From NCBI GenBank assembly GCA_965285935.1, contig OZ260661.1, forward strand, positions 46,314,001-46,378,000: DNA of 64,000 bases. Reading direction: 5' to 3'. Source of the stretch: Ophelia neglecta. Taxonomy: Eukaryota. This document shows positions 1 to 11,568 of the stretch, piece by piece. Position numbers and translations under genes: made by a program. Under the pieces are notes generated by a model, which saw only the letters and a list, made by a program, of their open reading frames with translations, did not search any database and was not told where the DNA came from. How positions within the stretch are numbered: the first letter of the stretch is position 1; each line of letters starts with the position of its first letter.

Positions 1-620
1 GGTTTAACTCAAGTGCAGCAGCCGAATACAAAATAATAAACAGCATATCTCTCCCAGTGTCGTCTGCAACAGTTGATTACTTCCAAAATTCGGATACAAT
101 GATATGGACAGAAGTTCTTATTTGTTCTTTTGGTTCAAGGTCTTTCACGTGTTTATGATTTGTGTTCTCTTTGCTTTTAATTATGTTTGTGCACCTAGTA
201 ATTTGCTACTTAATTTATCCAGGCTGACTCTTTTTTTTAGTTTTTTATTCAGTTTTTACAACCTACGCTGTTGAACCTCATTGGTACATACTCATGTCAC
301 TGCTCCTGTTTCTCATGTGTAATCCTATTGCCCTGCTCTATCCTGGCATATCTGGTTTAAATATGTTTGTGTAGGTACCGGTCTTCTTTTCTTAACTTTT
401 TAATGGATTCACATCAGTATCTTGGTTTTAATATCAATGCATTCAGAGTACATTGCAAATGCTCCTTTTCTGCTGGAACTTCAATTGCAGATTTCCTTTT
501 TTCAGCAGCTGTACTAGTCATCTTCAATTGTTTTTCGTGTTAATCGCCCCCATTATGCAAATGCTTCTTGTATGTCGTTCCTGGTACTATTTAGGCCAAT
601 ATTGATATTTTCTTCCTTAC
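1..620 (-). mobile_element. Highly decayed non-LTR retrotransposon (LINE ORF2) relic
   Basis: A-rich minus strand. A frameshifted KNFCP(I)SLYPNFG near 120-80 resembles the NYRPISLL motif, preceded by a K..xlD.i-like segment. No intact ORF. Confidence 0.3.
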
Positions 621-889
621 TTGTCTTTGATGATTTCGGATCGATTTAAAGAACTATTCTTGACCAATGATTTGGCTTTGTCTGCTCAAATTTACCACGG
701 GCTGCATTTCCGGCCTGGGTACCTGCAAGTGATGGTAATAGGCCTAGGGTTTTTTTTGTATTTTACGGGATTACTTGGACCTGCGTTGATAAATATCTTA
801 AAGGGATTATACTAATAGTTTCATTTTCAAAAACGTTTTCTTTCATGATATACATATATATATACCTATACAGTATGGTTACCATGTTG

Positions 890-912
890 CCCCCCCCCCC
901 CCCCCCCCCCCC
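890..912. repeat. Poly-C homopolymer (23 nt)
   Basis: Directly visible C run. Confidence 0.9.
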
Positions 913-1129
913 AGCTTAGCATAGGTTAAAGTGCCCGTGGCATATAATGCTTATATAGGCCTAGGTCCATTTGGAGTACAGAGTGGGATAAAATTATTTT
1001 GGTAGTGCTAAAAAGGAATTGATACAAAGTTATCCAATTTAACACATTACTTAACTATGTCTACATAGCACATGTTAAAACAAATTGCATCCCCTTCCCT
1101 TTTTGGGTGGCTCACAGAAAAAGAGTGAC

Positions 1130-1201
1130 TGCGTCGGCCGGGAGTCGAACCCGGATCGATTGCTTGGAAGGCAACCATGCTAGCCACTACACCACCGACG
1201 C
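1130..1201 (-). tRNA. tRNA-Gly (anticodon TCC)
   Basis: Minus strand reads GCGTCGGTGGTGTAGTGGCTAGCATGGTTGCCTTCCAAGCAATCGATCCGGGTTCGACTCCCGGCCGACGCA (72 nt). Acceptor stem GCGTCGG/CCGACGC, anticodon loop CT-TCC-AA, T-loop GTTCGACTC, no encoded CCA. A T5 Pol III terminator is at 1122-1118. Confidence 0.96.
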
Positions 1202-2718
1202 TTGTTGTTTTCTTAGGTTATTTCCAAGTCTTTTAATGCGCCTGTACATATATGTGCCTGGGCTAGGTCGTGCTTCACCTGACGCTGTATTTGGTGTGCT
1301 TCGACCCGTTTCACCATGACCTTAAATTCCCACCCTGGTGCAAAGAGATGTATAATCCAGGATTCTATTAAATGTCTATATATTTCATGAGCATCATTTC
1401 AAAAATGTTTTGTTATATCAAACCCCAAGCTATCACACAGAATTGGAGTAGGGTCGCTAAGCAACTTGTGACCAATGAATATGTTTAGACTAACTTGTGG
1501 CTTTGAGTTTGCTCGTCTTCGCCACGTCACCGAAACGACTACATGTAATTGAAGTCGTAAGATCTCATAAATGAGGGGGTGGTCATTTACTCTATGTGAG
1601 AGGGGGCCGCAAATCCTTGGGGGGGGGGGGGGGTTGTGACACCATCAGGTAGGTGAGGTCATCAAATTGTGACCTCGCTCATATGGGAGTGGGTCATGTA
1701 AACCGCATCACCTATGAACATTGATATATTATACAAACATATATGAAGGAAAAAACGATTTTTTGGCGATATTGCAAAGACCTTGGTTCGTTTTTCTCCA
1801 AAGTAATTTATTTGTACTGAGCTTTGTTTTCATAGAACCTAACGTTACTATTTGCACTTAGGCTGTTACTATAGTCCATAAGAATAAAAGAAGGTTTTTA
1901 TTTTTTTTTGCTTTTTTTTTGGAGGAGGGGGGACATTTACCGAAAGTTAACCGTGAAAAATAACTAACTGCATTTCTTAATGAATAAATGTATCTATATA
2001 CTGCCAAATAAGAGTCTCAAAGTAGTGTGGGGCAGAGAATCCCGTCGTGTTTTTGGGTGGGAGGTTAAGACCGACCATATAGGTTTAACTGTTACTATAA
2101 ACTAGTCAACACCTAGCAATATGTAAACCGAATGGAACACGCCTACGGTTTCTAATTCGACATTTGTAATAGGGTTACAAACAAATAATGAGGATTTTAA
2201 TTATATTGAACCAGGTATAGACCATGGGTGAGCGGGGGGGGGGGGTCAAAGAATCAGCGGGGTCTTTTATAGGGGTAATGGGCGCGGTCTCTGCCAGGGG
2301 CGGGTACTAAAATTTACACCTACACTGGAGCAGGGCTTTGCACCCCCACCCGCACCCCAGCCCATACCCAAAGTAAAACTGATACTCCCGTATGCGACCA
2401 AAGGAACAGAAACGTTTCGACAACTTTTTTGTGGAGATAAAAACTTTAAAAATAATATATATATAAGACGCCAAACAAGTCACATAGACCTTTTTTACCA
2501 AATTTTTTTTGCATGAATGTTATTCGGTGCTTAAACACTATGCATGCAGAAACGCGACACCTTTTTATATAGCGTTAATTAAAATGCTGTGCCTTAGTTT
2601 TCTACCTAACACTGATTAATGTGAGGGTGCCTTCAAATGTCTGGCTAAGTTTTAGAAGTCTGGAGTTCAAACGAGAGCTACTAACATAATGTATAATCAC
2701 ATGTATTGATTTTCTACA

Positions 2719-2761
2719 CCCCCCACCCCCACCCCACCCCCCACCCCCCCACCCCCCACCC
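2719..2761. repeat. (C4-7A)n microsatellite; G-quadruplex-capable on the minus strand
   Basis: Seven C-tracts separated by single A residues. Confidence 0.85.
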
Positions 2762-3032
2762 AAAGAAATCTATCAATTGTTTTTGGAGAATCCACCTATA
2801 GTTTCCAGGTAAATAAATTCTTAATGCCCGCCTTGTCCAATATATTTAACTCCAGTGATCATGGATCATTATTTGATCAAATGTTTATTATCTGCATTAC
2901 GGCTTAGTTCGATTGCCAAATGAATAATTTTAAACGAGTCGGCCTACATGGCAAAATGTGTTATTTCATTTATTTCTATTCTAGAATAAAATTCTGTCGG
3001 TTTTTTTAAAGATGAAGGATGAAAAAAGAGTC

Positions 3033-3104
3033 TGCGTCGGCCGGGAGTCGAACCCGGATCGATTGCTTGGAAGGCAACCATGCTAGCCACTACACCACCG
3101 ACGC
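3033..3104 (-). tRNA. tRNA-Gly (anticodon TCC), second identical copy
   Basis: Identical 72-nt sequence to 1130-1201, with a T6 terminator at 3027-3022. Confidence 0.96.
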
Positions 3105-3970
3105 TTCACGTGTAGGAAACGTTTAGTTTATATAAATAAAATAGGTCTTCTTTTACCTCCAGGGTCCTATTAATTTAATACCGAGGCTAGTTTATGACCT
3201 TATTGTTATTGTACCGCGGGGCTTGACGGTGTATAAAGAACTTTCGGACCGACAAATTTGCCATGGGTATGAACGGACCCTGGAATGTACGCCTTCGTTT
3301 ATCATGAAACACTTGCCACTGACTTGCGACAACCTCACAATGGGCATCATTATACCGGGTCCTGGATACAAACAATGTACACGTACATGTACAGAAAACT
3401 TAAACGCATCAGTAGGCCTACAACAGTCTTCTTATTGCAAAGTGTCACTTACCTGAAGTTTGGAGTAATGATCAATGTGTATATGCAATGTATCTGTTTC
3501 GTTGATTTCATTGATGATGCCGACCATTATGTTTTTGTGATACATGTACATTAACACAAATAATAACTAGACACAAAGTGGCTGCTCGAACTGATCCATT
3601 GTCAGAGTGGCACATTTTCTCGGAATGTGTAAGGATTGCAGCAAAAAGAGAAACTTAATTGTTCTGACAATTTTCCGGTATCTCCCAATGGTTAATAATA
3701 GTATAGCAAAATACAAAGCCAAATAAACTTTCTGCAGAAATATACTGAAAGATGTAGATCTAGTTATGACACGAGAATAATTTGTATTTCCTTTTGTTTG
3801 TGGTAAACTGTAGAGGCAATCATTATGGAAGTCCATACAATCACTCACATTGTCTGATGCAGAGGGCAGTCTATGGGAAGCCTAGATGATAGTTTCTTCG
3901 TTTGTCGCGGGTGTGATAAACATTCTTATTATCAATCAATTCTACAAGTTAGTGCGAGACTTTCCCATTA

Positions 3971-4256
3971 GGGACGGACCATTAGATATCTAGGGGGGGG
4001 GGCAGAGAACTTGGCTCTAGTTAGGAATTTTTTTTTCATGAATAAAGTTGACAGAAAATTTTTTTTCACCACAGAAACTGCCAGATTATTTTTTTCCTCT
4101 ATATGATATATTTTTTTACTTAAAAATAATAGGCAGATTATTTTTTTTCATGTATTTTTCTGGCAGATTATTTATTTTTGAGAAAATCAAAGCCAGAAAA
4201 TTTATTTTCATTTTTTTCTGGCCCCCCCCCCCCCTAGATATCTAATGGTCCGTCCC
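3971..4256. mobile_element. PIF/Harbinger-type (Tourist-like) MITE, 286 bp
   Basis: Perfect TIRs GGGACGGACCATTAGATATCTAGGGGGGGGG / CCCCCCCCCTAGATATCTAATGGTCCGTCCC. TTA target-site duplications at 3968-3970 and 4257-4259. Internal repeats of CAGATTATTTTTT. Confidence 0.9.
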
Positions 4257-4934
4257 TTAGGCCTACACCTAGTGGGGACATTACTTCCTGTGCATAGTGT
4301 AAATACATTGTAGGTAAAGTGCATAAACAATGACTAAGTTAGTGTGTGATGTTTTCACCCTAATTTGGCTTATCATGCTTCAAAAATAACCTTATTTGAG
4401 ACTTTAACCAATTTATTTGGCTATGAGATTCGATTGACGATTGCTAATATATCTCCATAGATCACCCGGTTTTCCTTTTTACCGGCAAAAGGCGGTACAA
4501 CGCGGTAGAAGGAGCGATGTAGGCGGTGATAGAAGACGTTATAGCGCGGTAGAAGACTCCTAGTTATTCCAGTTTCATTTTTCTGGTAAAAACTTAGGCT
4601 ACCTGCCCACAGTTTACTACAACCCACTCAGCAACCCATCCCCGGGGGAGGGAACACCCCCCCCCCCCCCTTTGGACTAATAAGGCAAAACTTGAAATAT
4701 TAATAATGCTTCATGCAACCGAAGTTCCGTTGTCTCTAAGTATGTCCGAATGTAGATCTATGCAAAGGAGCTTTTGGAACAGAGCAAAACTGAGCACGGT
4801 CATGAGCGCTTGTCATTGACCACTGCTATGTTAAGTTGCTTGTAGCAATGGTAAGTCATGGTTTGGAATTGGATTTTGGGGGTTTAACGACACATAAGCA
4901 CCATATAGGCCATTTCGTGTCTTTAGGTCATGGT

Positions 4935-6536
4935 GTCATTTTGATGCAAGAAACAAACAATTAAGTGGGATTTTGAAAGCATTTGATGTGTACCCAGAAC
5001 AAGTAGCTCTGTTTTTTATCATGTTTATTTTGAGAAAGTTTAGTGTCATCTAATTTTTCACCTCGCCGAGCGTTCCTCACCTCGGGAGATACGACCAAGG
5101 ACATTTCCCTGAGATATGCGTGTCATTAGCGTATATGTGAAGTCCGAAGCCATTCTGTTTGATGAGCAAGCCGAGAGGAAGGATGTATGCTCGATATAAT
5201 AGTGGCCCAAGGATCGATCCTTGTGGACCACGTGTCAAAAGCTCAGATGTAGCAAAACAAGTATGACTATTCACCGGTCACCTATGGTGGTCAATATGTC
5301 TTTATGAACACGCAGCGGCGCGGTCTCTGTAGAGTTTATGTTGTAAAACAGTACAATGTGTGCCCAGATCTGTGAGTAGGGCCAATCTCGTGCTGTCCCA
5401 AGTCGAGGGACGCGAGGAGATAAATATACTGAAGAGCATCACGACCACCATGGGTGTCAACGTGGAAGTTAAAGTCTCCAACAACAATAATGGCTTTAAT
5501 GCTATTCAATGACTAAACATATGAGAGCCAAATTCATCTAGGAATCCTCCTATCGACGAATGATTCTTGGCAGAAAGTGGTGTTCTATACATCACAATCA
5601 TATCATCATGTGAACAGGTTTGGTGTCCAAAAGAAATGTAATGTCACAAGTTATTATATGGTTATTGTGATATGGTCTTTATCCTTACGTTTGACAACAG
5701 CAATCGCACCGTGGTGACTATTGTCACTTCTTGGGAACGAATAAACTCAACAGGGTGAGGGCTTCGATGATGAATTAATCGTCTCCAGTCTCAAGCATCT
5801 CAGTCGCTGGGACGAATTTGGCTGTTCAGAGTAAGCCTGTGAAGAAACTGGGAGGCATGTTTGACCACTCATTGACAATCTCAGCTCATGTGTCGTCGGT
5901 TGTCAGGTCCGCCAAACACCATCTGCGAAATATTGGACGCATCAGAACAAAGTCTGACAAATGAAGCCCCAAAGAAGATTGTAAATGCACCTATTACATC
6001 CTGCATTGACTATTGCAATTCTCTGTTATGTTGTGTCTCTGCAGCTGTGCTTATACGGTTGCAGAAAGTGCAAAACTTCGCTGCTAGATAATTCACATAA
6101 CAAAATACGTGACCGTATTACACTGGTGTATGCCCTGCAATGGCTCCCTACCAAACACCGAATTGATTTAAGTTTTCGCTAATCGTGTTTAAGTCACTTA
6201 TTGGCTATGCCCCTGTGTACATGTCTGAGCTGCTGCAGAGATACGAACCGTGTTCTGCGGTCCGAGTTAAATACACTTCTCGTTGTAATGAAAACGTTGT
6301 AATGAAAACATTCTGTAATGAAGATCCCAGAATATGGAAATCCATAGCGGTTCATATAAAAATCGGTAAGCTCGTTCAAAAAAAAGTACCTGTTTTATTT
6401 GTATCCATATTCTTGGGTCATATCTTGTTGAGAAGCGCATTTGACATTCAGAAAGTTGAGGATAATAAAACAAACATTGACATATCTAGGGTACTGAGCG
6501 CTATATATATGTTACTACTACTATTTTCATTATTAT
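4935..6536 (+). mobile_element. Decayed L2-clade LINE (APE endonuclease + RT + 3' tail) with internal segment ~4960-5779 inverted
   Basis: Minus strand carries PRSDNSHHGAIAVV, VMYRTP...FLDEF, IIVVGDFNFHVD (GDFN at 5479-5468), QHEIGPTHRSGHTL, PQGSILGPLLY (5226-5194), HIYANDT and NFLKIN...TELLVLG. Plus strand carries KPVKKLGGMFDHSLTISAHV (5833-5892), IDYCNSLL, RLQKVQNFAAR, LQWLP..HRI and APVYMSELL, then an L2-like end AGCGCTATATA...(TAC/TAT)n at 6497-6536. Many frameshifts and deletions. Confidence 0.88.
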
Positions 6537-8099
6537 GTCATCTTGAAAATTTAGGTGCTCATACTCTCAGCTAGTAGAAATATACTGTTGCTAGATTGAG
6601 CAAAGATTAGCGTATCCGCTTGCAGACAACATTAATTAGTTCAGTAGAAATCGACGTGAAAGCAGCCAAACCCGGACATTTTAGCAAATTGTACTTTATT
6701 CCCTGTTTTCCGTATGTTTTGCTCCACTGTATATGTAATACTGTTAGAGAAACGATTCCAGTTTACCTCCGCTTAGTTTGCTGTTGGGATACGGCTGTAG
6801 AACTCATGGTTTAGCCACGAGATTCCTTTTTAAGGCTCCCTAGTCTGCCTTGATTTATTGGAAAGCCACTCGTGGTCATGTCTTGCTTTTTCTGTTCTTC
6901 TCATTACAGGTGATATTAATGTCATGTTTCCATTATTTTTATTGCATTATAAGTTTATTTACTGTTTGGGAGCTGGGGATTGACGTAAGAGGCTCCCTAG
7001 TCTCCCTAGTGACTCGTATTCCTGATGAATTCGGACCAATTTATTTGACTATTCTTGAAAATTTGCTTATAGTTTGCCCGTTATCTACTCCCGTTTTTGA
7101 ACTTTAGCCTTAGTCGATTTCACTTGGTGATAGTCACTTAAGCCGAAAACTATTTGAGTTTTTAGAAAAAAACCAAATGTGGAGTTGGAATTATGGTCAA
7201 GGATAATACTGCCTCAGTTAGCATGAAGTTTTATTTGATCCAAGTTGTGGTTTTACCTTCTGGGCTGTGATCTCTACCAGCCTTTCACACTTGCTTGCTG
7301 TCCCAGGCCCAGGATAACTAATGTTATCTCCAAGTCTACACGAGAAAGGTAGAACTGGCCACAAGTATAAGGTGGCATTTGATTGTTTGTTCTGTGCATT
7401 GAGTCATCACGAATTCGCTAGGATTGTGCTGGGCTGCCTTGGAGGGGCTGTTAATTTGAACCAACCTATATTAGCATCCTATTGCTTCCATACCGGGTTA
7501 AACCAGCCTGGTCTCTCATTTTTACTAACTGGTACAACCCTGTTTGCAACTTAAACAAACCTCCAGTTATGGGAAAGTGCACACATTAACCTGCTCAGAT
7601 CATACCAGTCTTGGCGTGCAAATGTTGTTTTGAGACACCTCTATCACTAAGGAAGATTGTCATTGTACACTGGTGGAGTACACTCAAATCTTTGCACCAT
7701 TGTACATGTTTGACATGTATCTCAAAATCAAGTAGCGGATTTACGGTTGTAGCGGTTCCCCGGCAGACAAAGCAAAATCATTAATCTAGAATAGGCCAAA
7801 AATCGGGCCGAAATAATCAGGAACTAGCTGCCACAGCCCCACACACATCAATACGTCAATCTTCAGCTCCCAAGCAGCAAATGGTAGTGTAATGCCCTTG
7901 AAAACATAAAACTTCATATCACTTGCAAAGTAGTTTTCCATGATGCGAGTCAGAACAGGAAACATACGAGTCAGTGGTCAGAATAGGACAGACATGAAAT
8001 AAACCCTTGGAAGGTCTTTGAGATATAAGCTCTTTCAAAGTAAGAGACTAAATAAGAAATAGTCTCAATAAATTTTAGTACAGACAGACGAACAATTAA

Positions 8100-8900
8100 A
8101 AATTTTAAATTGTAATATATGACGATTATTTGAGCTGACTGCACAATTCTTACATATAAAAATTGTCGCTAATGAACAGTTATTACCACCGCCTTGATTC
8201 CATTCATCAAGTGAATACTTTTATTTGGTTTTGATAAGCATGCAAATTGGTTCTTATTCTAATTGTATATTTCTGTTGGTATTAAACCGTTGACAGAAGA
8301 GTATGCGTTGTTTGTCTCTAATTTTAATTCTTGATTAGCAGCAGCCTGACAACTATCAGAGTTCAACGAAATGTAAATGTGCTAAACAGGTAGATTTCTA
8401 TAAGGTGTGATGTCGCCGTGTCTTTGACTGCAGGTTTTACAACAGTCTCTACAGCAGACCTGGTGAAATTGATATAAGAAGACAACTGTGGTTATGTGAG
8501 TTGATGAATTAATAAGATGAGGTATATGAGGTGAGAAATTGGCTGAGTCGCTCGGCCTCACTCTTATTTAGATTTTTTTGATGGCAGTTAAAGTCTCCAG
8601 CAATAATGATATTGCGCGCTGACAGATTGGGGGAGTCAACAATGTCTGCAAATGCTGGCACGAATCCGGTTGCTTTAAATCAAAACCTTTGTGTTCGATA
8701 ATGGCCGTTACGCGCTATTTAAAACCTAGATTTTGTTGAAGTATAACATCAATAGGTTCAGATGTAGTGGGTTTTGTCTGTTGGTTCTCAAAAACATTGA
8801 GGTTTGGTTATTTGGTGAATTGAAGGGCAAAGTTTTGAGTTCTTGCAATTCCATTTGTGTCCAATCAGACACGTTGAAAGATTAATCCACATTAAGCATA
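8100..8900 (-). mobile_element. Decayed LINE endonuclease fragment
   Basis: RNIIIAGDFNCH on the minus strand (GDFN at 8598-8587) in an A-rich minus-strand context. Boundaries are approximate. Confidence 0.4.
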
Positions 8901-10364
8901 AATGTTGTATCGCTGGGTCTTTCTTTTTTCCAGTGTATTCAAAAATACTGTGTAGACTACATGTATATACACTACTATAAAAGACATGATTAGTTTCAAC
9001 AGGTATAATAATTCCCCTACACAGGTAATTGTTTGTAACTGCAATTACCTGAGATAGAATTTTTTTCAATATTTACAGTAGAGGCATGTGCATTCCCATT
9101 TATATATATGTGTATACATGTAATAGGCCTAGTTACTACATACACATGGGTTAAATGTGAAAATCACATTTTTATTGAATTTGGGTATATATATTTTATA
9201 AGAAGTGTGGGTGTACTGCATGGTTCATTAGCAGCACTCAATAACTTTAACTTTATTATATATTTCTAAGATAATGAGATAAAAATGAAAGTATGCGAAG
9301 TGCGACCAGCTTAGAAAACAGTGTCAGCGAGCAAGTGAACTTAAACAATATACCAAAGTATTTGTTTTAACTAAAAAATAAATAAAAATAACAGGGACCT
9401 GTATGTCCGCATATTCACTTGGGACCCAAAGGCCCATTTTTAAAAATGTCCGGAGCAAGCATAACCTTTTGAGATGTCAGATTAATAAATTAATAATTGC
9501 CAAGTTGTGCACACAGTAAATTCTGAATTTAAATTGTAGCTTTCTTCATCAAATTCCCGTGATGAAGGTTTTGGACTGATATTAGAATGTTGAAATATAG
9601 TAAAAGGGCGATGATTGACGCTTGTTTTTATGTCTCGACTATTTGATGGTTAGACGAACTAAAGTGAGCCACGGGTTAATATATGCGAAAACTATTTAGA
9701 AAAGGGTGAAGTTGGCTGGAAAACGTGGCTTGTGAACTACAGCGCCGATGAGCTTTGTTTATGTCTGTTAACCTGCCGAGGCTACGATGTGCTTTTAACT
9801 GCTTTACCAGATTCCACTAACCTTTATTCGTACAGGGAGGTAACCAGTAATAACAATAGTGCTCCAAGGCAACACGGTAAACTACTTACGTGCAATAAAT
9901 ACCTAGAAATAAAAAATGAATAAAAAGTAAACACGGTCAAAAGTGCTCACTTGATTCGAAAGGGAACGCCTTCGATAAAAATTCACATGGAGTCTTCAAA
10001 CACAGTATCATGAAATGCGCCAATAAACTACTATAGCACTTGGTTGGATTCTACATACAACTGTCAGCTCTGGCTTGGTGCCATGACACGGGAGTTCCGT
10101 ATCATATAGCCTACTCGACTCTTAGGTCCGGCGAGGCTATCTCAACTGCAACAAAAAAAATAGCATCACTGGCCAGTGGCTACACGAACAAAAGAACTAT
10201 GTAAAGAATTATTTCATGACATCAAGACCCTAGACACATACTACACCATATGATCCTAAATGTGAGTGTTCGCGATGGGAAGGTCCCCAAACCCCTGAAA
10301 TACAGTCTACCAAAGGTGCTGACCAATAGAGCCAAGAAACAAAAGAAAATTGGTATTTGACTAA

Positions 10365-11568
10365 AACCTAGGTCCCACTGTGACGAAATTTGGTGGCGAA
10401 CTGCAACGAATAGACATTCGCCGAGAAATTCGCCGACGTCGTTCTGATTCGTTTCAGTTCTTTGTAGTTCGGTAACACTTTCGTTGCGCATCGGCGAGGT
10501 CGCAGAGGCGCAACGATGCACAACGAGAGTTTTAAAATGTTTAAAACATTCGTGGCTCCAGTACGAATGTTTTGACATTCGTTCTGAATTCGCCAGTATT
10601 CTTTCTGTTTCGTTGCAAATCTTTGCACTTCGTTGTTGTTCGTTCTAGTTCTTTCTTGTTCCGTTGTGATTCGTGTTTGCCATCAAAACGGCGAACTAGA
10701 ACGACTGTGGTGCGATGCGCAAAGACAAAGGACGATTTCACAACGAACCAGTACGACCTATGTGACGAAGAAGAAAGAACTGCAACGGAAAGCAAGGCGA
10801 TGAGCGACGATGGACAAAGAAGTACAACGAGTTAGGAAGAATATAAGAATAAGTGCAAAGAACTACAAAGAATACAGAACGGATACAGAACGACTAGCGC
10901 GAATTACAACGATGCAGAACGATACAGGATGACTTCTACCCGCTAGTATAAAAGGAGGGCCTACGTGATCAGCCAATGAGTCATGCTTTTCACTTCATTT
11001 GTGAACCATTTTCAGCTACTCTGTCCCATGTCTGTCGTTACCCCTCTGCAAAGATTACATTTAGCTCACGATGTCTTGCAGGTTTGTGAAGTTCTTAGTA
11101 TACTTTTATCATATTAAAATCTTCAGTTATGTCTTTCCACTTTATTATTCAGCCAAGTATACGAAACAAGTGTTGCGAACAAACACGGAAAGCGCAAGAT
11201 TTTATAGCATTCGGCACTATTCGTTCTAGTTCGTTCTAATTCGTATTAGATCTTTGCCGTTCGTTAAGCTTCCGTTGTAGTTCTTTGCAGTTCGAATTAC
11301 ATCGTTGTAAATCGCCGTCGAATTCGTTGTAGTTCTTTCATGCCTAAAGCGACTAAGAACGAATATCGTTGTGCTTCGTTGTGCTTCGTTGTGCTTCGTC
11401 CGATTCCGTTGTGCATTCGTCCACATTGTCGTATTGCATCGTATTGGCTCTCTCCTCAAGGCGAATAGCGACTTTTTTCGCCGCGATTCGCGCTGTGATC
11501 CGTAGCTCTATATTCGTTCTAATTCTTTGCAGTTCGCCACCAAAAATCGTCACAGTGGGACCTAGGCT
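10365..11568. mobile_element. Non-autonomous TIR DNA transposon (~1.2 kb), probably PIF/Harbinger superfamily
   Basis: TIRs of about 45 bp: AACCTAGGTCCCACTGTGACGAAATTTGGTGGCGAACTGCAA / TTGCAGTTCGCCACCAAAAATCGTCACAGTGGGACCTAGGCT, 3 mismatches, flanked by TAA and TTA. The interior is built from ACGAA/TTCGT microrepeats, including (CGTTGTGCTT)x3 at ~11367-11398. No transposase. Confidence 0.85.

Noticed and set aside
1107-1319. 70-aa ORF overlapping the first tRNA
   Set aside because: Antisense to tRNA-Gly; spurious.
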